From: an uncultured Bacteroidales bacterium
GTDB lineage: Bacteria > Bacteroidota > Bacteroidia > Bacteroidales > CAZZDX01
Direction: 5' to 3'
Length of the DNA stretch: 35,551 nt
Assembly (NCBI GenBank): GCA_964582565.1
Contig: CAZOSY010000003.1
Location: 2,178-37,728, forward strand
Shown: piece after piece, positions 25,986-35,495 of the stretch
How the letters are laid out: each line of letters begins with the position of its first letter
Numbering within the stretch: the stretch's first letter is position 1
Program-made: the position numbers and the translations under genes
The notes under the pieces: model-generated
Databases searched by the model: none
Told to the model about the DNA's origin: nothing
The model's input: the letters and a program-made list of their open reading frames with translations, nothing else

Positions 25986-27320
25986 ATGGAAGCATTATAC
26001 ATTATAACAGGTTTAGTCATTGGATTTTTCATCACATGGGTTTTTACAAAAAATAAATTATCTATCCTTAATAAAGAAAAAACTAATCTTGATAAAGAAA
26101 AAAGCATATTTCAAAATGAACGGGATAATTTGAAAGAAAATAAAGAAAACTTAGAAACAGATTTAGAAAAAGAGCAAAATTACTCAGCAGATTTAAGAGT
26201 TCGGTTAGGGAAAAAAGAAACAGAAAATGAAAATATTCAGGACAAACTTAATACACAAAAAAAAGAGTTAGAAGAGATACAAAAAAAATTTACTGTTGAA
26301 TTTCAAAATATCGCGAATAATATATTAAAACAAAACTCAAAAGAATTTACAAATCTTAATCAGGAAAAAATTGGTAATATTTTAAATCCTTTAAAAGAAC
26401 GAATTAAGGAATTTTCAGAAAAAGTAGAAAAGACACATAACGAAGGGAGAATAAACAGTGCCAGCTTAAAAACAAAGATAGAAGATTTATCTAAAAACAA
26501 TGAAAAATTAAGTAAAGAAGCTAATAATTTGGCTAAAGCATTAAAAGGAGAATCTAAAACTCAGGGTGATTGGGGTGAAATGATTTTAGACAGGACGTTG
26601 GAGATGTCCGGTTTAGAAAAAAGTATAGAATATAAAAAACAAGAATCTATAAGAAACAAACAAGGCGTTTTAATTCGTCCTGATGTTATTATTCTTTTGC
26701 CTGAAAACAGAAATATTATTGTTGACTCAAAGGTCTCATTAAACGCTTACAATGATTATGTAAATACAAATAATTTAGAAGAGAAAAAAATACATTTAAA
26801 AAAACATATTGAATCAATAAAAAATCATGTAAAAGAATTGAGTAAAGCAAACTATCAAAATACTGTTGAAAATTCTCTTGATTTTGTTCTTATGTTTTTG
26901 CCTATTGCTCCTTCTCTTGATATTGCTCTGCAAAATGAAAATGATTTGCTTAAATTTGCATATAATAAAAAAGTAATTATTGTAACTCCTTTTACATTGC
27001 TTGCAACTCTTAAAACTATTGAATCATTATGGAGACAAGAGAAACAAAATAAAAATGCAATAAAAATAGCCCAGCAAGCAGGTGATATGTATGACAAATT
27101 TGTTTCGTTTTTAGAAGATTTTAAAAAAGTTGGAGACCAGATTAAAACTGTGCAGGGAACTTATGATAAAGCAGAAAATAAACTATCGTCAGGAACAGGC
27201 AATCTTATTAAAAGATCTGAAAACATTAAACAATTAGGGGCAAAAACATCTAAAATATTGCCTAACCAATTTACAACAACAAGAGAAATAAACTTTATTG
27301 AAGGAAAAAATGAAAATTAA
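25986..27320 (+). CDS. rmuC: DNA recombination protein RmuC
   Basis: 444 aa. It has an N-terminal TM helix, a long coiled coil, then the RmuC nuclease-like domain (GDWGEMILDRTLEMSGL, RPDVIILLP, VDSKVSL). Confidence 0.85.
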   Translation: MEALYIITGLVIGFFITWVFTKNKLSILNKEKTNLDKEKSIFQNERDNLKENKENLETDLEKEQNYSADLRVRLGKKETENENIQDKLNTQKKELEEIQKKFTVEFQNIANNILKQNSKEFTNLNQEKIGNILNPLKERIKEFSEKVEKTHNEGRINSASLKTKIEDLSKNNEKLSKEANNLAKALKGESKTQGDWGEMILDRTLEMSGLEKSIEYKKQESIRNKQGVLIRPDVIILLPENRNIIVDSKVSLNAYNDYVNTNNLEEKKIHLKKHIESIKNHVKELSKANYQNTVENSLDFVLMFLPIAPSLDIALQNENDLLKFAYNKKVIIVTPFTLLATLKTIESLWRQEKQNKNAIKIAQQAGDMYDKFVSFLEDFKKVGDQIKTVQGTYDKAENKLSSGTGNLIKRSENIKQLGAKTSKILPNQFTTTREINFIEGKNEN

Positions 27321-28560
27321 ACTTTATTTATTTTTCTTTATTATATCATCTCTATTTATTGGTTGTTCTATAACACAGATAAGTAATCAAAACTTGTCTT
27401 ATATCTATGAGACCAAATTAAATTTGCCAACAGCCCAATATATTGTATTTCATAAATCCGATACCTGTTCAACATTATATTACAAGATAAATACTTCAAA
27501 TTTTCTTTATACAAAACCCGCGGGTGAAGATAAATACTTCGCTAATATTAAACTAAAATATGAACTATTTGAATCTTTTGAATCCAAACAAATTATTGAC
27601 AGCAACTCTGTAAACATAAAAGACAGCACCAATTATAAATTAAATTATGTAATCCTTGACAGTTTAAACTTTAAAGCCATTTACAATAAAAATTATCTGT
27701 TAAAAATTATTTTAACTGATATAAATAAAAAAACATCATCAAATACATTTATAAATATCTCAAAAGGCAATTATTTTAATCGTCAAAATTTTATTGTAAA
27801 AACAGTTGATGACTCACCATTATTTTCTTATACCATTGATAAATATACTAAATTTAAAATCACTTACAGAGATACTGCAAGCAAAAAATTATATGTAAAT
27901 TATTACAACAGAACTTTCCCTATTGCCCTTCCACCTTTTGCTTTATCTTTTGAACCACCACATTTTGTTTACAAAGCTGACAGCACTTTTATTATTGATT
28001 TAAGTAAAGGAAAAACAAATATCATTAATTTATCAAAACAAGGATTCTATCATTTCAGAACAGATACAACTGTTAGATACGGATTAACACTTTTTAGATT
28101 TTATAATGGTTTTCCAAAAACAAGAACACCAAAACATTTGTTGGAACCACTTAGATATCTTACAACACAAAAAGAATATAACAAATTTATCTCTTCAAGA
28201 AACAAAAAACTTGCTGTTGATAACTTTTGGATTGAAAACTCTGGGAATCCTGACCGTGCAACAAAAATGATTAAAAAATTTTACAACAGAGTTCAGGATG
28301 CTAACATATTATTTTCGTCTTATCTGGAAGGATGGAAAACTGATAAAGGAATTATTTATATAATTTACGGACCACCAAATGTAGTTTATAAAACTTCTGA
28401 TACAGAGACATGGATATATGGCGTAGCAGGTAATATGAGGTCAATAAACTTTAATTTTATTAAAATTGATAACCCTTTTGCTGATAATGACTACTTTCTA
28501 AACAGAGTGCCTGCACTTAAAGATAGCTGGTATAAAGCTGTTGAAATATGGAGAAGATAA
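27310..28560 (+). CDS. GWxTD domain-containing lipoprotein
   Basis: EGWKTDKGIIYIIYGPPN is the GWxTD signature, and the lipobox is LFIGC. The ORF track starts at TTG 27298. I prefer ATG 27310, which overlaps the rmuC stop by 11 nt. Confidence 0.7.
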   Translation: MKIKLYLFFFIISSLFIGCSITQISNQNLSYIYETKLNLPTAQYIVFHKSDTCSTLYYKINTSNFLYTKPAGEDKYFANIKLKYELFESFESKQIIDSNSVNIKDSTNYKLNYVILDSLNFKAIYNKNYLLKIILTDINKKTSSNTFINISKGNYFNRQNFIVKTVDDSPLFSYTIDKYTKFKITYRDTASKKLYVNYYNRTFPIALPPFALSFEPPHFVYKADSTFIIDLSKGKTNIINLSKQGFYHFRTDTTVRYGLTLFRFYNGFPKTRTPKHLLEPLRYLTTQKEYNKFISSRNKKLAVDNFWIENSGNPDRATKMIKKFYNRVQDANILFSSYLEGWKTDKGIIYIIYGPPNVVYKTSDTETWIYGVAGNMRSINFNFIKIDNPFADNDYFLNRVPALKDSWYKAVEIWRR

Positions 28561-28572
28561 TTTTACAAGTAT

Positions 28573-28705
28573 GAGTCCACTCCGAAAAGTCAAAATTGTG
28601 TCATTCCGAATTTAGTTCGGAATCTCTAATTTCAATAATATCAAAAGATGCTGAAACAAGTTCAGCATGACAAATAAGTAAATATCTACTTTTCGGAGCG
28701 GACTC
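28573..28705. repeat. 133-nt nested-hairpin element E3
   Basis: The closing helix is GAGTCCACTCCGAAAAGT / ACTTTTCGGAGCGGACTC (17 of 18 pairs). The inner hairpins are ATTCCGAA-TTTAG-TTCGGAAT and ATGCTGAA-ACAAG-TTCAGCAT. It shares the GTCATTCCGAA motif with the R family. Confidence 0.7.
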
Positions 28706-28754
28706 AAGATTAATAACATCAAAATAAATAATAAATTTTAAAAAAATATATACA

Positions 28755-29495
28755 TTGAAAAAAACAAATATCATCTTTGGCATAAGACCTGTAATTGAGA
28801 TAATAAAATCAGGAAGAGAAATTGACAAATTACTTATACAAAAAGGGCTGAAAAGCAGAAACTTTTTTGATTTAAATTTTTTGATACAGAAATATAAAAT
28901 TCCTTGTCAATATGTTCCTGTTGAGAAATTAAACAATATAACACCAAAAAATCATCAGGGTGTAATTGGATTTATATCAGAAATAGAATATCAACATATT
29001 GAAAACATATTACCTTTTGTATATGAACAAGGCAAAAATCCTCTGATATTAATTCTTGACAGAATTACAGATGTTAGAAACATGGGAGCAATAGCAAGAA
29101 CATCTGAGTGTGCCAATGTTGATGCCATTATAGTTCCAACAAAAGAAACAGCACAAATAAACGCTGATGCCATAAAAACCTCTGCCGGAGCTTTAGCCAA
29201 AATACCTGTATGCAGAGAAGATAATCTTATACATACTTTTAACTTCTTGAAAAACAGCGGATTACAAATTATTGCCTGTACTGAAAAATCTGACGTATAT
29301 TACAACACTATTGATTTTACAATACCAACAGCTATAATCATTGGCTCTGAAAAAGATGGAATATCTCAAAAATATTTGAGAGTATCTGACAATATTGTAA
29401 AAATACCAATATTAGGAAAGATAGAATCGTTAAATGTTTCAGTAGCAACAGGAATAATACTTTATGAAGCTATAAGACAAAGGGCTAAACATTAA
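28755..29495 (+). CDS. rlmB: SpoU/TrmH-family 23S rRNA 2-prime-O-methyltransferase (RlmB-like)
   Basis: 246 aa, TTG start. Shows an N-terminal substrate-binding domain (IFGIRPVIEIIKSG) and the SPOUT motifs VRNMGAIARTSECANVDAIIV, IIGSEKDGIS and ESLNVSVATGIILYE. Confidence 0.8.
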   Translation: MKKTNIIFGIRPVIEIIKSGREIDKLLIQKGLKSRNFFDLNFLIQKYKIPCQYVPVEKLNNITPKNHQGVIGFISEIEYQHIENILPFVYEQGKNPLILILDRITDVRNMGAIARTSECANVDAIIVPTKETAQINADAIKTSAGALAKIPVCREDNLIHTFNFLKNSGLQIIACTEKSDVYYNTIDFTIPTAIIIGSEKDGISQKYLRVSDNIVKIPILGKIESLNVSVATGIILYEAIRQRAKH

Positions 29496-29979
29496 TTAGT
29501 GTTTGTTCATAATGTCAGATTTCTTTGTTATGCTTGTCTTTCAAATCAGTCATTTACAAAAGTAAACTCCTGATTTTCAAGACTGCGCAAGCCTCGAACT
29601 CGAACATTCTGAACTAAACACTTACTTTATAGACAGACATTAATTGGTGTCTGTTCGTAATATCAAAACTTATCAGTCGGGCGACTGACCGATACTTCAA
29701 CAACCCTGAAACAAGTTCAGGATGACGTTGTTCGGCACAAGTGTGTCCATCAGGCAATTGCCTGATAAAATCGTAATTCTCTTTGGGCATGGTTATTGAG
29801 CAAAGCCGAAATATAGATGTTTCATTATAACATTTCTCCCACAAATTTTACCGAAGAACCAATATTTTTTACTTTATTTATAATTTTTTTATATTTTTGT
29901 ATTTTGTATCAGTTACGATAAACCCCGTAGGATATATCCTACGGGGTAAATGCCGTCAGGTCAGGCAATTGCCTGACGG
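29490..29979. repeat. palindrome-dense noncoding tract with duplicated rlmB 3-prime end
   Basis: The 30-nt direct repeats at 29490-29519 and 29638-29667 match at 25 of 30 positions. The perfect palindromes are ATCAGGCAATTGCCTGAT (29749-29766), CCCCGTAGGATATATCCTACGGGG (29923-29946) and GTCAGGCAATTGCCTGAC (29960-29977). There is also a hairpin CCTGAA-ACAAG-TTCAGG at 29705-29721. Confidence 0.75.
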
Positions 29980-30060
29980 AATTTACAATTGAATGACTGA
30001 CCTGTAAAACACTATTACGATAAGTAATTATAGCAATTTTTTCAATTCCTGAAATTTTGA

Positions 30061-30068
30061 TATTTTTG
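30061..30068 (+). promoter_or_regulatory. Bacteroidota-type -7 promoter box TATTTTTG
   Basis: Lies 24 nt upstream of the ATG at 30092. Confidence 0.4.
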
Positions 30069-30091
30069 ATTAAATAATAAAAAGTTAAGAA

Positions 30092-30412
30092 ATGGATATA
30101 AAAATACTTGCTCAGGAAATAAAACAACACTTAAATATACATTTGGACGGAAATGTTTCAGATATTGTTTTTTTTGGGTCTCAAATTAAAGGAAACTCTA
30201 AACCTGACTCTGATTATGATGTGTTAATTGTACTAAAAAGCAATTACAATAGAAAAATAAAACGGTTAATTAACGATTTGTGCTATGACTTTGATTTAAA
30301 ATATGACATTTTTCTTGATACACAAATAATTTCTGAAAATGAATTAAAAGTTGGATTAAGAGGTAAGCATCCGATATTTAAAACAGCATTAAAGGAAGGA
30401 CTCCACGCATGA
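30092..30412 (+). CDS. minimal nucleotidyltransferase (MNT) antitoxin-type protein
   Basis: 106 aa. GSQIKGNSKPDSDYDVLIV matches the GSxxxG...SDxDxxV pol-beta nucleotidyltransferase signature. Its stop overlaps the next start (ATGA). Confidence 0.8.
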   Translation: MDIKILAQEIKQHLNIHLDGNVSDIVFFGSQIKGNSKPDSDYDVLIVLKSNYNRKIKRLINDLCYDFDLKYDIFLDTQIISENELKVGLRGKHPIFKTALKEGLHA

Positions 30413-30810
30413 TTAATGATAAAGATAGACAAGTCCTGATTGAATATCGTCTCAATCAGGCAAAAAAGGTAATATTAGAGGTTGAACAATTAATAGCTGC
30501 TGATTTATTAACAGTTGCTGTAAATAGAATCTATTATGGCATATTTTATTGTTTAAATGCACTTGCTCTTAAATATAATTTCCAATCTTCAAAGCATTTA
30601 CAATTAATTGGTTGGTTTAATAAGACATTTATCAAATCGGGATTGATAGAAAATAAATTTGGCAAGATTTTGCGTGATGCTTTTAAAAATAGAACTGATG
30701 GAGATTATGCTCCATTTATAGAATTTAGTAAATCCGATGTAATTGATATGCAAAAAGATATGAAAAAATTTATTGAAAGAATAGAATCTTTTATAAAAAA
30801 ATTAAGATAA
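30409..30810 (+). CDS. HEPN domain protein (toxin partner of MNT)
   Basis: 133 aa and all-helical. The NRIYYGIFYCLNALAL block and the C-terminal NRTDGDY are typical of MNT-linked HEPN proteins. The 4-nt overlap with the MNT gene fits a translationally coupled pair. Confidence 0.7.
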   Translation: MINDKDRQVLIEYRLNQAKKVILEVEQLIAADLLTVAVNRIYYGIFYCLNALALKYNFQSSKHLQLIGWFNKTFIKSGLIENKFGKILRDAFKNRTDGDYAPFIEFSKSDVIDMQKDMKKFIERIESFIKKLR

Positions 30811-30818
30811 ACCTCCGT

Positions 30819-31817
30819 TTATCGCGGTTTGTATCCTGATTTAGTCAGAATTTTTTGTGCATCATTTTCAGACATTAAATTTTTAAGAGATACTTGTTTA
30901 TTGTTTTTCATATAAGAGCGAACTATCTGCCATCCAATCCAGCAACCTGTTCTTGAAGGTGAATCTTGTGAAAAAGACGAGGTAAAAGGTCCGTCAGATA
31001 TAAATTTGTCAAACACTTTCTTATCAGTAGAATATAAGACCTCTTTATTTATAAAAAAAGCCCAGATATTAGGTTCGTTTTTTTTAACCCATTCAAGTTG
31101 AGACCATGTATATCCTATCTTTATTGAATCAGGCGTATTGCTCGTCATAGCATCAACAAAATATAATATTTTCCCTTTATAAATAATTTTATCCAAAAAA
31201 GTTCTGTCAGCACTATTGGCAGAGATGTTTGCTTTTGCTATCTCTTTCATACAATCACTCACTATAAACTCTCTTTGCATCCTGTATCTTTTATATAACG
31301 GAATCCCTGTTACAGAATAAAATTTGGAATTTTTTCCAAGATATAAATCCAATGAAATAATCAACACGGTATCAGCAAATATAATCGGAGATTCATATTC
31401 CAAACCGGATATATAAGTATAAACTCCCGGCATTTTTTTATCAGGAAAATAATATTTATAATGTTTAAAAGCTAATGTTAACTGCTTTTCCAAATCATTA
31501 AGATTTGGATATTTTTTAATACAACTTTTATAAATAGTAACAATTCCAGGGTCTGTAATATATTCTCTAATCTGAATTAAATTTAGTGTATCATTTAAAT
31601 CCCCATTAAGGAAAAAACCAAAATTTTTAGCATTGGAATGCAATTCCTGTTTTAAATTATTAATATCAACATTAAACAAAAACTTTTCATATCTGTTTAT
31701 CTTAACATCTACACCTTTGACTTTGGAAATATCTTTTTCTAACTTATTTTTATTATAATTGCAGGAAGTTACGATAAAAACAGACAATAATAAAATTATA
31801 TATATTTTTTTTTTCAT
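30819..31817 (-). CDS. gldB: GldB-like gliding-motility lipoprotein (tentative)
   Basis: Lipobox FIVTSC. The size of about 330 aa and the C-terminal GCWIGWQIVRSYM block resemble GldB as I recall it, but I did not verify this by search. I prefer the ATG at 31817 over 31823. Confidence 0.4.
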   Translation of the reverse strand: MKKKIYIILLLSVFIVTSCNYNKNKLEKDISKVKGVDVKINRYEKFLFNVDINNLKQELHSNAKNFGFFLNGDLNDTLNLIQIREYITDPGIVTIYKSCIKKYPNLNDLEKQLTLAFKHYKYYFPDKKMPGVYTYISGLEYESPIIFADTVLIISLDLYLGKNSKFYSVTGIPLYKRYRMQREFIVSDCMKEIAKANISANSADRTFLDKIIYKGKILYFVDAMTSNTPDSIKIGYTWSQLEWVKKNEPNIWAFFINKEVLYSTDKKVFDKFISDGPFTSSFSQDSPSRTGCWIGWQIVRSYMKNNKQVSLKNLMSENDAQKILTKSGYKPR

Positions 31818-31886
31818 AAACAAAATTTTTACTATTATTGCATTAAATTTAACAAACTATTTAATAATTAATTCAAATTCAAAAAT

Positions 31887-32645
31887 ATGAAAAAAACATC
31901 AATAATACTCACAGTTTTTTTAATATTATTTTTTGTTACAAACTCAGGTTTTGCTCAAAACACAAAAGCATTTCGTTTTGGGCTAAAAGGTTGCCCAACT
32001 CTTACATGGCTAAAACCCGATGTAAAAATAAATAGCCAGCAAGCTGCTACTTTGCCTACAGACACAAAAGAATATACATCAGAAGGTATGATTTTTGGAT
32101 TCTCTTATGGATTTATGGGAGAATTTACTTTGGCAGATAATTATTCTTTTGTAACAGGAATTGATATTACATATAATGGCGGAAAATTAAAATATCCGCA
32201 TACACAAAACATAAATGATACTATCCCGACTTTTGGAACTATGAACAGAAAATATGTTGTTAAATATATTGAAATACCTTTAATGTTAAAAATGAAAACC
32301 AACGAAATTGGCTATATTACTTATTTTGGTCAGTTTGGCTTTGGAACTTCATTTAATTTAAGCGCAAAAGCAAATGATGATTTTGTATATAAAACTACAG
32401 GTGATAACGAAACTATCACTGATCCGGATGTTGACGTAAAAGATGATGTGAGATTCTTAAAAGAATCATTGATTATTGGACTTGGTATTGAATATTCTCT
32501 TGGAGGAACAACATCTGTAATAGCAGGTATAAACTTTAATAATGGTTTTTCTAATATTCTAAAAGGGAAAAATGATATAAATTCAGAAATAGAAGAAAAA
32601 GCAATATCTAATTATTTGGAAATAAATGTTGGAATCTTGTTTTAA
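31887..32645 (+). CDS. small outer-membrane beta-barrel protein (PorT/OMP_b-brl_2-like)
   Basis: 252 aa with a signal peptide ending FAQ. FRFGLKG follows early in the mature region, amphipathic strands alternate throughout, and the C-terminus is aromatic (NVGILF). Confidence 0.55.
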   Translation: MKKTSIILTVFLILFFVTNSGFAQNTKAFRFGLKGCPTLTWLKPDVKINSQQAATLPTDTKEYTSEGMIFGFSYGFMGEFTLADNYSFVTGIDITYNGGKLKYPHTQNINDTIPTFGTMNRKYVVKYIEIPLMLKMKTNEIGYITYFGQFGFGTSFNLSAKANDDFVYKTTGDNETITDPDVDVKDDVRFLKESLIIGLGIEYSLGGTTSVIAGINFNNGFSNILKGKNDINSEIEEKAISNYLEINVGILF

Positions 32646-32686
32646 TAATTTTGACTATTTCTAAGGGTTTGTTAAAAAACAACCTA

Positions 32687-35335
32687 TCAGTCAGTTGTTC
32701 TGCTCGTAAGACAGAGTTTTAATTTTGTTTCAATCACTTTTATCTTATCTTCAGCATCTTTTCTTTTCTTTTGTTCTATTTCAACAATTTTTTTAGGAGC
32801 ATTTTTTATAAATTTTTCATTCTCAAGTTTTTTAGTTACAGAATTTAAAAATGCTTTTGTATATTTCAATTTTTCTTCCAGCATTTTAATTTCTGTTTCT
32901 GTATTATCTGATTTTTCAAAAGGAATATAAAATTCTGTTAAGTTGACTATAAAAGATATGGCATTTTCAATTTTTTTATTAACATAGTCAAAATGTTTTA
33001 TATTACAAAGTTTAGCTACAACTTCATCAAATTTTGTATCCGGCTGTTCATCATTATTTTTTTTAATAAAAAAGTCAATTGGACTTTTAAAAGATATATT
33101 TTTTTCTTTTCTAACATTTCTTATTGCAATAACAACTTCTTTGGCATATTCAAATTGTTTAATAATTTCCGTGCTAAAATTTTCAGATTTTGGAAGCAGA
33201 GATATTATAATACAGTCATTTTCGTTTCTTTTTTTTATTAAATGCCATATTTCTTCAGTGATAAAAGGCATAAAAGGATGAAGAATTTTTAATGTTTTTT
33301 CAAAAAATACTATTGTTGCATCATAAGTTGTTTTGTCTATTGACTGTTGATAAGCAGGTTTTATAATTTCAAGATACCATGAGCAGAAGTCGTTCCAGAA
33401 AAACTTATAAACACACATTAAAGCGTCAGATAAACGATATTTAGAAAAAAAATCGTCAATAGTTTTAATTGTCAGGTTTAATTTTGCATCAAACCATTGT
33501 ATTGCTTTTTTGTTTGAGGTAGGTTGTTTGATTTTATCATTTATTTCCCATCCTTTTATTAAACGGAAAGCATTCCATATTTTGTTGCTAAAATTTCTTC
33601 CCTGTTCACAAAGTTTTTCATTAAACAGCAAATCATTTCCGGCGGGAGAACATAAGAGCATTCCTACACGCACACCATCAGCTCCATATTTATTAATTAA
33701 TTTGATAGGGTCAGGAGAATTTCCTAATGATTTAGACATTTTTTGTTTTTGTTCATCTCTTACAATTCCTGTAAGATAAACATTTTTAAATGGTTTTTCA
33801 TTACAATATTCATATCCTGCCATAATCATCCGTGCTACCCAGAAAAATAATATTTCAGGGGCAGTAACTAAATCATCTGTTGGATAATAATATTTAATCT
33901 CTTTATTATCAGGATTTCTGATGCCGTCAAATACAGAGATAGGCCATAGCCATGAAGAAAACCATGTATCTAAAACATCCTGTTCCTGTTTTAAATCATT
34001 CAGAGTTAAATTTTTTATATTAAATTTTGACTGGGCAATGTCAAAAGCATCTTGTTTGTTTTTAGCTACTATATATTTTCCGTCAGGCAAATAATATGCA
34101 GGGATTCTGTGTCCCCACCATAGCTGACGTGAGATACACCAGTCCTTAACATTTTCCATCCAATGATAATATGTATTTTTAAATTTTGCAGGATAAAATT
34201 TAATGTTATCATTCAAAACATTTTTTAATGCTGGACCTGTAAGTTTTTTCATATTACAAAACCATTGCATAGAAAGTTTTGGCTCTATAACGACATCAGT
34301 TCTTTCAGAGAATCCAATTTTATTAATATAATCTTCTGTTTTAACTAAATAATCATTTTTTTTAAGGTCTCTGACAATTTCTTCTCTAACAGCAAAACGG
34401 TCTTTACCTATATATAACTGAGCTTTTTCATTTAATGTTCCATTATCATTAAAAATGTCAATAACATCAAGTTTGTATTTAATTCCCAATTTATAGTCAT
34501 TAATGTCATGAGCAGGTGTTATTTTTAAGGCGCCTGTGCCAAATTCTTTATCAACATATTCATCATATATTATTGGTACAGAGCGATTTATCAAAGGGAC
34601 TATTGCTTTTTTATTTTTTAGATGTTTATATCGTTCATCATTAGGATTAACGCATATAGCTGTATCGCCAAGAATAGTTTCAGGACGTGTTGTTGCAATA
34701 GTCAGCCATTTATTTGTATTTTCTATTTTATAACGTAGATAATATAATTTTGAATTTATTTCCTTATGCACAACTTCTTCGTCTGAAAGAGCTGTTAAAG
34801 CTTTTGTATCCCAGTTTATCATTCTCACGCCGCGATAGATATATCCTTTGTTATACAAATCAATGAATACATCAGTAACAGATTCAGACATATCATTGTC
34901 CATAGTAAATTTAGTTCTGTTCCAGTCGCAGGATGCTCCTATTTTTTTTAGTTGTTCAAGGATAATATCGCCGTGTTGTTTTTTCCATTTCCATGCATAT
35001 TTTAAAAAATTTTCCCTTGTAAGGTCTGTTTTTTTAATACCTTGCTCTTTAAGTTTAGCAACGACTTTTGCCTCAGTAGCAATAGAAGCATGGTCAGTTC
35101 CCGGCACCCAGCAGGCATTTTTGTTTTGCATACGGGCACGGCGAACTAATACATCCTGAATGGTATTGTTTAACATATGACCCATGTGTAAAACGCCTGT
35201 AATATTAGGCGGAGGTATAACAATTGTATAAGGTGTGCGATTATCAGGTGTTGAGTCAAAAAAATTTTTTTTAATCCAGTAAGAATACCATTTGTCTTCG
35301 ACCTGTTTCGGATTATATTTTGTTGTAATTTCCAT
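32687..35335 (-). CDS. valS: valine--tRNA ligase
   Basis: 882 aa. Shows the HIGH-type motif [13 protein letters not shown], the KMSKS motif, a CP1 editing-domain insertion and a C-terminal coiled coil. Confidence 0.96.
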   Translation of the reverse strand: MEITTKYNPKQVEDKWYSYWIKKNFFDSTPDNRTPYTIVIPPPNITGVLHMGHMLNNTIQDVLVRRARMQNKNACWVPGTDHASIATEAKVVAKLKEQGIKKTDLTRENFLKYAWKWKKQHGDIILEQLKKIGASCDWNRTKFTMDNDMSESVTDVFIDLYNKGYIYRGVRMINWDTKALTALSDEEVVHKEINSKLYYLRYKIENTNKWLTIATTRPETILGDTAICVNPNDERYKHLKNKKAIVPLINRSVPIIYDEYVDKEFGTGALKITPAHDINDYKLGIKYKLDVIDIFNDNGTLNEKAQLYIGKDRFAVREEIVRDLKKNDYLVKTEDYINKIGFSERTDVVIEPKLSMQWFCNMKKLTGPALKNVLNDNIKFYPAKFKNTYYHWMENVKDWCISRQLWWGHRIPAYYLPDGKYIVAKNKQDAFDIAQSKFNIKNLTLNDLKQEQDVLDTWFSSWLWPISVFDGIRNPDNKEIKYYYPTDDLVTAPEILFFWVARMIMAGYEYCNEKPFKNVYLTGIVRDEQKQKMSKSLGNSPDPIKLINKYGADGVRVGMLLCSPAGNDLLFNEKLCEQGRNFSNKIWNAFRLIKGWEINDKIKQPTSNKKAIQWFDAKLNLTIKTIDDFFSKYRLSDALMCVYKFFWNDFCSWYLEIIKPAYQQSIDKTTYDATIVFFEKTLKILHPFMPFITEEIWHLIKKRNENDCIIISLLPKSENFSTEIIKQFEYAKEVVIAIRNVRKEKNISFKSPIDFFIKKNNDEQPDTKFDEVVAKLCNIKHFDYVNKKIENAISFIVNLTEFYIPFEKSDNTETEIKMLEEKLKYTKAFLNSVTKKLENEKFIKNAPKKIVEIEQKKRKDAEDKIKVIETKLKLCLTSRTTD

Positions 35336-35363
35336 TGTTTAAGTATTCGGGATAAAGCAATTG

Positions 35364-35495
35364 TTTATACCGTTGGATTAACCCTAGGTAATTTTACCAA
35401 CGGGGTAAATATCCTACGGCATTTATATTTTATTGAAAATTATTGTTAAATTGTTTACCCCGTGAAATTCCGCGAAGCGGAATATTTCACTGGGG
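35364..35495. repeat. P-family hairpin repeats at the window edge
   Basis: TTTATACCGTTGGAT and TTTACCAACGGGGTAAA (35364-35409) duplicate the 7003-7048 arms. ATCCTACGG follows. A second hairpin is CCCCGTGAAATTCCGC-GAA-GCGGAATATTTCACTGGGG (35458-35495). Confidence 0.6.

Noticed and set aside
28601-28828. 75-aa minus-strand ORF over E3 and the rlmB start
   Set aside because: It translates the hairpin modules (HAELVSAS from the TTCAGCAT hairpin) and overlaps the rlmB start.
29614-30130. Minus-strand ORFs 29614-29844 and 29939-30130
   Set aside because: Both are built from palindromic repeats (RQLPDGH and VRQLPDL from CAGGCAATTGCCTG). Neither shows a start context or motif.
32993-35159. Plus-strand ORFs antisense to valS
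   Set aside because: They are nested in valS.
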